DNA from: a virus | IMG/VR virus record: IMGVR_UViG_3300045999_011735 | Coordinates: 1 to 64,000 of that record | Reading direction: 5' to 3' (one strand) | Length of the DNA: 64,000 nt | Shown: piece after piece, positions 1 to 8,808 of the stretch | Layout: every line of letters begins with the position of its first letter | Position numbering within the stretch: position 1 is the first letter of the stretch | Position numbers and translations under genes: made by a program | The notes under the pieces: generated by a model | What the model was told of the DNA's origin: nothing | Seen by the model: the letters and a program-made list of their open reading frames with translations, nothing else | The model's database searches: none

Positions 1-519
1 GCTGGTTTGTCCTCCTGTTCCTAAAGCTGAGTTTTGAGATCCTGCTGCTCCTAAAAATTGTTGTCTACCTGTAATTAATGCTCCACCTGCTGACCACGAA
101 GTACCATTGTATTCTTCTGTACATGTTACGTTAGCTGGTGTTTGGCCTCCAAAGTATAAAGCTAAATTTTGCTGGCCAGTAGTTCCTCCAGCAACGTGAG
201 CAGATATAATAGCTCCACCAGCTGTCCATACGTTAGAAATTCCATCATATTCTTCTGTGCATGTGAAAAATGGAGAAAAAGGAGCAGGCCAACCACTAAC
301 ACCAAGAGCCGAATTTTGAGTACCAGTAACTCCTATATATTGTCTAGCGGTAATTAAATTTCCTCCTGATGACCAGGAAGTTCCATTATATTCTTCTGTA
401 ACGTTTGTAACAAAAGACCCTCCTGTTGATCCACCAACAGCTAAACCAGCATTTTGTGTACCTGCTCCCCCTAAACTTTGCCTAGTTGTAATTAGATTAC
501 CACCTGTAGACCATGACAT
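1..519 (-). CDS. Kelch-repeat (beta-propeller) protein, partial (runs off left edge); probable tail/receptor-binding accessory
   Basis: Not in the ORF track. Translated by hand from ATG at 519: MSWSTGGNLITTRQSLGGAGTQNAGLAVGG...TEEYNGTSWSSGGNLITARQYIGVTGTQNSAL. Repeats of ~47 aa with GG, E-Y and W are typical of Kelch blades. Confidence 0.8.
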   Translation of the reverse strand, partial: MSWSTGGNLITTRQSLGGAGTQNAGLAVGGSTGGSFVTNVTEEYNGTSWSSGGNLITARQYIGVTGTQNSALGVSGWPAPFSPFFTCTEEYDGISNVWTAGGAIISAHVAGGTTGQQNLALYFGGQTPANVTCTEEYNGTSWSAGGALITGRQQFLGAAGSQNSALGTGGQTS

Positions 520-547
520 GCTTTTTTTATTTTATCTGTTTACAACT

Positions 548-2395
548 TTATTGATAATTAAAACTTGTTTGTATAGTAATTTCTTTTGGAGTACCTGTAA
601 GGCTTATAAGTCTAAAAGCAAGTATATCACCAACAGCAAAGTTTTGATTTTGTAAAGTTGAACTTGATACCCAAGTATCGAGAGAATTGTTTGTAAGATC
701 ACTTGCAAGTAATGCATTTCCATTTTTTAATGCATTTACAGCTACAGACGAACCTGAATCTTGGTACATTAACACCATACTAGCTGTACAAGCTACATTA
801 CATCTCCATATTTGAAAGGTTCCAATATCATTAGATGAAATATTACTATTATTAATCATCGCAAATGATTTTGAAAAACCACCTGCAACAGATGTAGCTA
901 CAGAAGCTGTACTAGCAAATGAAGACGTTGCAGCAAACGAAGCGGTAGCTACATAAGAGGCAGTTGTTGCATTTCCTTCTAAAGATCCTGTAAAGCCTCC
1001 TGTACTGGTTACACTGCCACTAAAAATAGTAGGGCCAATATTTGTAAAAGTATTACTTCCACTTACTGTTAAGCTTCCACTAATAAATACAGATCCTGAA
1101 ATTGTTAAATCCTGTGTTAAAGTGTTTATGTATGAAGAAGTTAAAGCATTAATAGCCCAACTAGCTGTCCCAAATAATGAACTAGTTACTCTATTAATAT
1201 TTAAACTACCAACTGAAACAATAGATCCACTTGTGAAAATTGAACCTGTAAAAGTTAAAACATCAGCATTAGCTGAAAATAATGTTATACCTGTGTCTCC
1301 TACAAGATTGGTTGATCCAGTAACTGTTAAAGAACCAGATATTTTTACTGCTTGATAAAGTGGATCAACATACGATGCTGTAGAAGAAAATGAAGCACTT
1401 AAAGCTTGTGTTGCGTATGAAGCAGATACTGCATTTAATACATAAGATGCTGTAGTAGCATTTGCTGCTTGTGTAGCAAATGATGCACTTAATGCTTGAG
1501 TAGCATAAGATGCAGTTCCAAATAGTGAACCTGTAAATGAACCATTAAAGTCACCATTGAATGATCCTGTGTTGCTTAAGAATTGGTCTACTCTATTTGC
1601 TGTTGCAATAACTGAAGGTATACCTGGATGTGCACTTGATGATGCTTCAGCAAACAATCTCATACCCGTATCAGCTGATGACCATATAATTTGGTAATAA
1701 TCATTGGTTGCTGATTGAACAAACCAGTTCCAAGCTGCTACTACTTTAGTATTATTATTTATTAAAGTTATTTTTGTTGCAGTATCAATAAGATCAATAC
1801 CATTTTTTCTAATCCAAATATCAATTTCATCTGTACCACTATCTGTTTTATCTACTTGTGCTGAGAATTGAATATTGTAAACACCAGCATTTTCTGTTTT
1901 AATGTAGGTATTAAAAGGATTTGTTGAACCACTTATTGAAACGCCATTTGTAATAGCAGTTTCATTAAATGACATTGAGCGTGCTACATTAGCTACTGGA
2001 TTTGTTTGTGTAGTAGTGTCATAGAAACTACCATATGAGCCTGTTGCTGTATTAAAATTGCCTGAGCCTGTTCCTGTTGAAGAAATAGTAACTTGGCCTT
2101 TACCACTTAATGGTGATATTGTGATATTTGGTCCTGCTAATATTTGTGTTACGCCGCCGTTATCAGCAAACGATGCATATGATGCTGTTAAAGCAAATGA
2201 TGAACTTATAACACTATTTGATCCAAAAGGACCAAATACATTAGAGGCGGTTATGAATGATGATGTTAATGCTTGTGAAGCACTAATAGAATAAGATGCA
2301 GTTCCAAACAATGATCCTGTAACACCATTAGTTACATTTAATGAATTTAAAGCAGCGTCTGAGCCGCTTACAATGACTTTTTTCCAATTCGGCAT
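548..2395 (-). CDS. Tail fibre-like virion protein
   Basis: 615 aa, S/G/T/A-rich, with repeated GSLFGTASYA motifs. Its N-terminus WKKVIVSGS is shared with 2952..4001. Confidence 0.7.
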   Translation of the reverse strand: MPNWKKVIVSGSDAALNSLNVTNGVTGSLFGTASYSISASQALTSSFITASNVFGPFGSNSVISSSFALTASYASFADNGGVTQILAGPNITISPLSGKGQVTISSTGTGSGNFNTATGSYGSFYDTTTQTNPVANVARSMSFNETAITNGVSISGSTNPFNTYIKTENAGVYNIQFSAQVDKTDSGTDEIDIWIRKNGIDLIDTATKITLINNNTKVVAAWNWFVQSATNDYYQIIWSSADTGMRLFAEASSSAHPGIPSVIATANRVDQFLSNTGSFNGDFNGSFTGSLFGTASYATQALSASFATQAANATTASYVLNAVSASYATQALSASFSSTASYVDPLYQAVKISGSLTVTGSTNLVGDTGITLFSANADVLTFTGSIFTSGSIVSVGSLNINRVTSSLFGTASWAINALTSSYINTLTQDLTISGSVFISGSLTVSGSNTFTNIGPTIFSGSVTSTGGFTGSLEGNATTASYVATASFAATSSFASTASVATSVAGGFSKSFAMINNSNISSNDIGTFQIWRCNVACTASMVLMYQDSGSSVAVNALKNGNALLASDLTNNSLDTWVSSSTLQNQNFAVGDILAFRLISLTGTPKEITIQTSFNYQ

Positions 2396-2410
2396 AGTAA
2401 TATTGTTTTT

Positions 2411-2476
2411 ATATTGCGGTTAGATACATACACTTATGCCGTGTATATGCCTACTTCCCTAGAGGGCCAGCAATAT
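2411..2476 (-). ncRNA. Structured 5' leader (three-way junction) of tail fibre gene
   Basis: Closing stem ATATTGC(T)GG/CCGCAATAT, hairpin CCC-TCTA-GGG and hairpin ATATACAC/GTGTATGT. Begins 7 nt downstream of a late promoter motif. Confidence 0.55.
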
Positions 2477-2496
2477 TCTACAATAAATATGCTAAA

Positions 2497-2721
2497 TTAT
2501 TTTTTGGATTGTTGTTTTTCTTTATCAATAGCCATTGCATTTGCAAGCTCTTGCATTTTCCTATCTTCTTGAATTTTTTGAATTTGTCCAATTTCATCTT
2601 CAAGTTTTGTTTGCAAGTCTGATAAAAATTTTGCATCTTTTCCTGTAATACTAACCATGTCTGATGCTTGACGAAGAAAAACCAATTCTGTTAATGTTAA
2701 ATCAACGGAAAATAAATTCAT
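2497..2721 (-). CDS. Small helical protein, putative fibre assembly chaperone
   Basis: 74 aa; aligns without gaps to the 2729..2932 product; lies between fibre genes. Confidence 0.55.
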   Translation of the reverse strand: MNLFSVDLTLTELVFLRQASDMVSITGKDAKFLSDLQTKLEDEIGQIQKIQEDRKMQELANAMAIDKEKQQSKK

Positions 2722-2728
2722 AACTTAA

Positions 2729-2932
2729 TTATTGTTTTGCTTTTGTATACTGTGTTTGTAGTTTTAATGTTGTATTAAAAACAACTTCTAAAGATTCACC
2801 CTTAAACGTTGATTGTTTAATAAGTAAAAGCAAGAACTCCAGTTCCTGAGCATTTAATTGTTCAGGAGCTGGAGTTACTATGTTTTGAGGCTGTGCGCCT
2901 TTTGGTTGGTTAATTTTATCTAAAATTCCCAT
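2729..2932 (-). CDS. Small helical protein, paralogue of 2497..2721
   Basis: Start re-assigned to ATG 2932 (MGILDKIN) because the track start overlaps the upstream gene. Confidence 0.55.
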   Translation of the reverse strand: MGILDKINQPKGAQPQNIVTPAPEQLNAQELEFLLLLIKQSTFKGESLEVVFNTTLKLQTQYTKAKQ

Positions 2933-2951
2933 AACTATTTTTAAAAACTTA

Positions 2952-4001
2952 TTAAGAATAAATCCAAATATTCTGATCATTTCCTATAAAGATATTACCT
3001 TTTGCTTGATATCTTGCTGCGATAGCTGTTGGATCACTTCCAGCACCACCATCAATAGCAGCAGCCACGAAAGCATCAGGAGTAAATGAACTACTTGAAC
3101 CATTGAAGGAACCGGTAAAGCCCCATCTTGTAGCACCACTATCAAATGCAAATAATTCACCTACATCTTGAGTACCTTGTTGAACTATAAGACCACCATC
3201 GCCTGTTGTATTAGAACCAGAAGCTAAAAGGATAAATCTATCCGCTACTTCTAAGTTTTGAGTATTTTGGAATGAAGCGGTACCTAATACTGTTAAGTTA
3301 TTACTAACAATTAAGTTGTTACCAATAGTAACATTATTTGGTAAGCCAATAGTTACTGTTTGAGCAGAAACTGAAGTTTCAATTTCATTGTTAGTACCAG
3401 TAATTGTTAAACCTTGGTTTAATAAATTAACTGAACCACTTGAACCGTTTGAACCAGTTACAGCTAAAGTTGTAACTAAACCAGTTAATTGAGAACCATC
3501 ACCAATAAATGAACCAGTGAAAGAACCAGTTAATACAGATGAAGCACCTGTTAATTGAATTGAAGTAGCACCTGTAAGTGTAGTACCGTTATCTGTTAAA
3601 CTTGAATTTACAAACTTACCATCTGCAGAGTTCCATTTTGTAATGGCATCATTACTTAATTGAGCAGCACCACTAACAGCTATTGTTTGGAAAGAAGAAC
3701 CATTATAATCAAATGGTACGATACCTGTACTTTGTGATAAGTGGTTTAATAATACAGAGGCAGAAACACCTGTTAAACCACTACCATCACCAATAAATGA
3801 ACCGGTAAAAGAACCAGTCATTACTACGTTAGTAGCACCAGTTGTAGCTAAGATATTGCCTGTACCGTTAATAGCGGTTACAGATAAGTTACCAGCGGTT
3901 CCACCACCAATAACTACTGATCCTGATGTTAAATTGTCTACTTGTAAAGCGGCTAAATTTGCACTACTACCAGAGACAACGACTTTTTTCCAAGTTGCCA
4001 T
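2952..4001 (-). CDS. Tail fibre-like virion protein
   Basis: 349 aa; TGSFTGSFIGDGS repeats; N-terminal WKKVVVSGS. Confidence 0.7.
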   Translation of the reverse strand: MATWKKVVVSGSSANLAALQVDNLTSGSVVIGGGTAGNLSVTAINGTGNILATTGATNVVMTGSFTGSFIGDGSGLTGVSASVLLNHLSQSTGIVPFDYNGSSFQTIAVSGAAQLSNDAITKWNSADGKFVNSSLTDNGTTLTGATSIQLTGASSVLTGSFTGSFIGDGSQLTGLVTTLAVTGSNGSSGSVNLLNQGLTITGTNNEIETSVSAQTVTIGLPNNVTIGNNLIVSNNLTVLGTASFQNTQNLEVADRFILLASGSNTTGDGGLIVQQGTQDVGELFAFDSGATRWGFTGSFNGSSSSFTPDAFVAAAIDGGAGSDPTAIAARYQAKGNIFIGNDQNIWIYS

Positions 4002-4052
4002 GTTATTTTAATTTTTTTGTTGTTTTTGTGTTTTGTGATAATAAATATTAAA

Positions 4053-5951
4053 CTATTCTAACCCCACATAAAAAGAAGACGAAGTAAACCATATACTTCC
4101 TGCTTCTATTGAACCTGTTGGATTGAATGATTGAGTTGCAAATCTTACAACACTTTCAGTTATTAATAGTTGTGTTGAAGCGGTAGCTGCATTTGTAGAG
4201 CCATCAGAAACAATTACACGACCTGGAGCAGCATTATTTATTGCATCAAAACCAGCACCTGGAGAACCTACAGGTATAAATGCAAATTGATCTCCATCAT
4301 TTGGATCAGGTCCTGAAGAAGCAATTTGTGTTACTGCGTATGCTTCATATCCTGTTTGATAAGGAATAGTTGATGTTACTTGTAAAATTTTATATGTTGA
4401 AGGACTACTTAAACTTACGAGTTTAATTATAGTACCTGCGCCTAATGAATCTAAATAACTTGAAAATAAAACATTAGGATCATAAGCAAAGTCATCAAAC
4501 GCAGCAACAGTAGGAGCTAAAGGCCAAGAATTATTTAATTTAAAATATCCATTTCCTGGGTCTATGTTTGTGGTAAAGCTTGATGTGTATCTCCAAATAG
4601 CTAAATATCCACCTGTTTGAGCTTCAAATGAAACACCATTTACAGATAAAGAACCTGTTATATTAACACTACCTGTAAAGGCATGTTGGTTTGTTAGTAA
4701 ATGTCCTGCTGTAAAATTATTTCTTACAATTGTAGAACCAGATATTGTAGTATTTGTATTTACAACAAATCCATTAGTTGGAGAAATAGAGGCAGTAGCA
4801 CTACCACTTGATATTTGAGATAAATTTAATCCAACTATACTTGAGGCAGGAATATTAATTAATTGACTTCCGTCACCAGCAAATGATCCTGAAAAATATC
4901 CAACACCACTTCCTGAAATAGAACCTGTAATTGCTCCAACAACCCATAAATCATTAAGTATTTTTAATGAGCCTGTTAAAGCATGTTGGTTATTACTTCT
5001 TAAAATTAATTTGGTATAAGTGTCAACATTATCTCCACCAACAAAAAACCCTACATGGGACACATAACCAGGTCCATTTGAAGAAGCATTACCAATATGA
5101 AGATTAGATCCTATATTAAATAAGTAACCATCATTTGGACCTCCAAGAAAACCAGTATAGGTACTACTATTGATACCCATATTAATATAGTTATCAAATT
5201 CATCCCCATTATTTGCTGTAGCTACTATATCTGTAGAAGCATTATTTCCAGCACTTTCATTTCTAACATTAATTTGAGAATAATTATTTACATTACTTTC
5301 AAATGTAGCTACATTAATTGATGATGTATTTGGTTGGAATACAAATAGTGCTTCTGGATTAAGACCAGTACCAAATTCTCTGTTAATAACAATACTAGTA
5401 TCTAACCACTGACGAGCAGCACTTGAAGACATACTATTTTCTGAATCAAAAAATGGTATGTGACTTGTAGCAAATTGAATATTGCTTTGAAAACTAGAAG
5501 TTCCTGCATCTTCAGCATACGATGCTGTTGCTCCTGGATTAAAATTAAGGGCATAAGAAGCTGTAACTGCATTTTCTGCATTATCAGCAAATGAAGCTGT
5601 TCCAAATAATGAACCTGTAAAACTACTATTACCTCCTGCTATAAAACTGCCAGAAATTAAAGTTAAATTTCCTGAAAATATATTTACACTACCTGAAAAT
5701 ATAGCAGGACCAACATTTGTAAAAGTATTAGATCCACTTATAAGAACACTTCCTGATACTGTTACACTACCAGATATTACTTGATTACCTTTAAATACAT
5801 TTGATCCTGTAGTAGCAAAAGAACCAGTATCTCCCATTGAACCTGATGGACCAGGAGGACCTTGTGGTCCTGGTGTTGATACCTCAATTATATATGAATT
5901 TTGAGGATCAATTGATACTATATTGTAGGGGCTAACAACGTTACAGCTCAT
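4053..5951 (-). CDS. Tail fibre-like virion protein
   Basis: 632 aa; short collagen-like GPQGPPGPSG, FATTGSN motif, NQHAxTGS repeats and a GSFAGDGS motif. Confidence 0.7.
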   Translation of the reverse strand: MSCNVVSPYNIVSIDPQNSYIIEVSTPGPQGPPGPSGSMGDTGSFATTGSNVFKGNQVISGSVTVSGSVLISGSNTFTNVGPAIFSGSVNIFSGNLTLISGSFIAGGNSSFTGSLFGTASFADNAENAVTASYALNFNPGATASYAEDAGTSSFQSNIQFATSHIPFFDSENSMSSSAARQWLDTSIVINREFGTGLNPEALFVFQPNTSSINVATFESNVNNYSQINVRNESAGNNASTDIVATANNGDEFDNYINMGINSSTYTGFLGGPNDGYLFNIGSNLHIGNASSNGPGYVSHVGFFVGGDNVDTYTKLILRSNNQHALTGSLKILNDLWVVGAITGSISGSGVGYFSGSFAGDGSQLINIPASSIVGLNLSQISSGSATASISPTNGFVVNTNTTISGSTIVRNNFTAGHLLTNQHAFTGSVNITGSLSVNGVSFEAQTGGYLAIWRYTSSFTTNIDPGNGYFKLNNSWPLAPTVAAFDDFAYDPNVLFSSYLDSLGAGTIIKLVSLSSPSTYKILQVTSTIPYQTGYEAYAVTQIASSGPDPNDGDQFAFIPVGSPGAGFDAINNAAPGRVIVSDGSTNAATASTQLLITESVVRFATQSFNPTGSIEAGSIWFTSSSFYVGLE

Positions 5952-5952
5952 T

Positions 5953-6330
5953 TTATACTTCGGTTACTTCTTGACTTAATTTAACATTACCTTCTAGTAT
6001 TCTATTTACATAAGGGCAGGGACCACTTCCTGAAATTATATCCAAGTCGTAAACGGCTTGATTAAATGTAAATTGGGAAGAAGTACATGAAGCAATATAT
6101 ATAGTAATTGCTCCTGATACAGCATTAGACATATTTAACCCTGTTCCATCTCCGTTTAAACTACTACTTAATGTAATAATTACATTAGGAGAACCAACGT
6201 ATGGTCTAATTTGCATTTTTGCGCCATAATTTTGCAAATTTATTGGGGTTCCGTTTGAATCTTTGTAAACTATTGTGTAGTTAACCGTAGATCCCTGTTC
6301 TATAGTAAATGAGTACCTTCCTGCTGCCAT
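5953..6330 (-). CDS. Fibre attachment / beta-sandwich structural protein (LtfC/BppU-like)
   Basis: IEQGST...PINLxxYxAKMQIR...AVYDL...RILEG pattern; directly upstream of the fibre genes. Confidence 0.55.
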   Translation of the reverse strand: MAAGRYSFTIEQGSTVNYTIVYKDSNGTPINLQNYGAKMQIRPYVGSPNVIITLSSSLNGDGTGLNMSNAVSGAITIYIASCTSSQFTFNQAVYDLDIISGSGPCPYVNRILEGNVKLSQEVTEV

Positions 6331-6371
6331 AATATATTAGAAATTACTGGCTATAAATATTGTTTTGTTTG

Positions 6372-7040
6372 CTATTTACCGTATTCGTACTCAAGTATTT
6401 TCCCGACTAGATCCGATCTATGGTTTTCTTTCAATTTAATCCATTTAATTTCATCAATTTTTTTAGATAATTCAATAACATATGAAAGTCCGTTTAATTC
6501 CCCAGTATGTATTTTTACATCGGTTTGCTCGTTATCACCGTTAATGACGATTTTACCGGTTTTTCCTAAACGAGTTAATATAGCTAACATTTCACCCTTA
6601 GTAAGATTTTGTGCTTCTTCTACTATCAAGATATCATCAATTGTTTTACCTCTTATGAATTGTACAGGTAATGCTTTAACTTTACCTTCAGTAATTAAAT
6701 CAGATACTTCATTTTTATTAGTACAACACTTATTAAGATTTTCAACAAGTGCTTCCATATAAGGATCAAATTTACCATTAATATCTCCAGGTAAAAATCC
6801 TAAACTTTTACCTACTTCAATAGCTGCTCTTGTATTGTAAATACAGCTAATTTGTTTTTTTTTAAGAAAATCTAATGCTGCTTGAGCACATACTAAACTT
6901 TTACCACTACCTGCTCTTCCTGTTATAACTACTACTTGGTTTTCTACTATTAATCTTTTTGCTTCTTTTTGCTCTTCATTTAATTGAATAGCATTAATTA
7001 GTTTAATGTCGTTTTTTCTCTCACGATTTGGTTCACGCAT
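6372..7040 (-). CDS. phoH: PhoH-family ATPase
   Basis: Walker A GRAGSGKS, LGFLPGD, FIRGKT, EEAQN, LTRLG, GDNEQTD and the C-terminal HRS motif. Confidence 0.93.
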   Translation of the reverse strand: MREPNRERKNDIKLINAIQLNEEQKEAKRLIVENQVVVITGRAGSGKSLVCAQAALDFLKKKQISCIYNTRAAIEVGKSLGFLPGDINGKFDPYMEALVENLNKCCTNKNEVSDLITEGKVKALPVQFIRGKTIDDILIVEEAQNLTKGEMLAILTRLGKTGKIVINGDNEQTDVKIHTGELNGLSYVIELSKKIDEIKWIKLKENHRSDLVGKILEYEYGK

Positions 7041-7055
7041 ATAACACTGTTTGAT

Positions 7056-7063
7056 ATAAATAT
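7056..7063 (-). promoter_or_regulatory. Representative late promoter motif ATATTTAT (coding strand)
   Basis: One of 19 copies found just upstream of late genes; see findings. Confidence 0.7.
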
Positions 7064-7064
7064 G

Positions 7065-7098
7065 AAAAAAAAAGAGTCGAGCTTGCGCTCGACCCTTT
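7065..7098 (-). terminator. Rho-independent terminator after major capsid gene
   Basis: GTCGAGC-GCAA-GCTCGAC stem with a GNRA loop, followed by a T9 tract on the minus strand. Confidence 0.85.
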
Positions 7099-7121
7099 TA
7101 TTATTCTAACAGGTTAGATTA

Positions 7122-8783
7122 TTATAAACCTAAGGTATTTAAACCGTTTACAAACACCTTACCATAGAATTCTGGACGTACCATCTTCTTAGCGTAACGA
7201 GTCATGATACCTTTTCTTGGAGTGAAGGTATTTGGATCGTACACTAATGGAGTCATTAATAATGGTACATAAGGAGCGTAAACAGCACCTGATTCAAGGA
7301 ACTGAGCACCTTTGTAACCCATTAAGATTACGTTGTCGCTGAAATATGGGTTAACGTATACTTTGTAACGAGAGTTCAAAGTACCGATTTTCTGACTTCC
7401 AAAGTTAAATACTTTCTCAAGATCAGCACCAGCATCAGAAGCATATCCTGGGATAGACTGCATGATAGTAGCTACTTGAGGAGAAGTAACTAAGAAATTA
7501 GCTGCACCACGAAGAGTCTTTTGTAAGATCTTGTTAGATACAGACTGAAGAACAGTACCTAAAGTACTAAACCAACCACCCTGAGTGTTATAAAAACCAC
7601 CAGTAGTAGATGAAGTTTGACTGAATGCAGTACCATTCCAGAAGTTGTTATTGATAGCAGACCAGTAACCAATAGTAGCCGCTTCTTCAGTTAACATAGA
7701 AAGGATTTCTAAATCGATTTCCATTGCAATGTACTGAGATAAAAGACCTGTTAATTCAGCTTCAGCGTCGATGTTCTGATAAGCGTTAAGGTCTTGAGCT
7801 AATTCTGGTGTCCATTGAGCCTTTAACTTACGAGTTTTAGCAACGATAGCGTCAGACTTCAACTGAATGTTGATAGTTGGGATATCGATCTGTACAGGAT
7901 CAGCGGCGTTTGGAATGGCGATACCAGTATTGTCAGCTTCGAAATCACCACGTAAAGCTGGGGTAGTTTGCTTGTTGTAGAATAATACTACATTACCACC
8001 ATTTGGAGCAGCAGTTGTAACGAAAGTCAAACCAGAACCACTAGCATAAGTAGTAAACTGTTGTAATACAGAAGCTGGAGTTACACCAGAACCACTAGGA
8101 ATCCAAGCTTGAACTGATAAGAAATCAGGTAAGCTTAATGCAGAAGCTAACTGAGCGTCAGTCATAGTAATAGTATACAACTGAGTTCCGAAGAAACGAG
8201 AATCGTAGTTGATGTATGGAGCTACAGAAGCAGAAGCAGCAGCAGCATAAGAAGCTGTTGTGTTAGCTACAGAAGCTGAAAATTGGTTCATAGAATAACC
8301 GTAACGACCTTGACCATAAAGACCACCTGTTGGATCTACGTTGGTAATATCGAAATCAGTACCTTGAACATCAGCTAATGAACCGTAAAGTGAAGTACCT
8401 TGTACGAAAGGAGTTTTGTTGTTACCGTACTCGAAGTCTAAGTAGAATACAAGACCAGAAGGCATAGCCATTGGCTGTACAGATACGAAGTCTTTTGCTA
8501 CGATTTCAGCAAATACACGGCGAACGAGTGGTAAAGCAATACCAGCCCAGTTTTCACCAGTTCCACCTAACATAGAGTTAGTACCAGAAGTAATGTTAGT
8601 AGATTCAACTACTAATTGTTTAGCTTGGTTTTCGAGGATAACGGCCATGTTATTCTTTTCAATTTCATTGCCAAATCCTTCAAGAAGACCGCTTTTTTCC
8701 CATTTAGAGGCAACTTTAGCTGCTTCAGCTTGTTGGCTCTTCCATGGATTTGCGCTTTCTAAAAGCATGTTTAAATTTTCCAT
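7122..8783 (-). CDS. gp23: Major capsid protein, T4 gp23-like
   Basis: LPLVRRVF, VSVQPM..PSGLVFYLDF, KTRKLKAQWTPELAQDL, YAPYVPL and PRKGIMTRYA motifs. Start re-assigned to ATG 8783 (MENLNMLLESA). Confidence 0.95.
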   Translation of the reverse strand: MENLNMLLESANPWKSQQAEAAKVASKWEKSGLLEGFGNEIEKNNMAVILENQAKQLVVESTNITSGTNSMLGGTGENWAGIALPLVRRVFAEIVAKDFVSVQPMAMPSGLVFYLDFEYGNNKTPFVQGTSLYGSLADVQGTDFDITNVDPTGGLYGQGRYGYSMNQFSASVANTTASYAAAASASVAPYINYDSRFFGTQLYTITMTDAQLASALSLPDFLSVQAWIPSGSGVTPASVLQQFTTYASGSGLTFVTTAAPNGGNVVLFYNKQTTPALRGDFEADNTGIAIPNAADPVQIDIPTINIQLKSDAIVAKTRKLKAQWTPELAQDLNAYQNIDAEAELTGLLSQYIAMEIDLEILSMLTEEAATIGYWSAINNNFWNGTAFSQTSSTTGGFYNTQGGWFSTLGTVLQSVSNKILQKTLRGAANFLVTSPQVATIMQSIPGYASDAGADLEKVFNFGSQKIGTLNSRYKVYVNPYFSDNVILMGYKGAQFLESGAVYAPYVPLLMTPLVYDPNTFTPRKGIMTRYAKKMVRPEFYGKVFVNGLNTLGL

Positions 8784-8808
8784 TTCTAGAGATTTTTGTT
8801 TTTTAAAA

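Noticed and set aside
5402-5605. Nested minus-strand ORFs 5402..5605, 56713..56895 and 56962..57159
   Set aside because: They are alternative frames inside better-supported genes, with no independent signals.
1-5951. Diversity-generating retroelement or invertase switching of fibres
   Set aside because: No reverse transcriptase or recombinase is in the window, and no template/variable repeat pair differing at adenines was seen.
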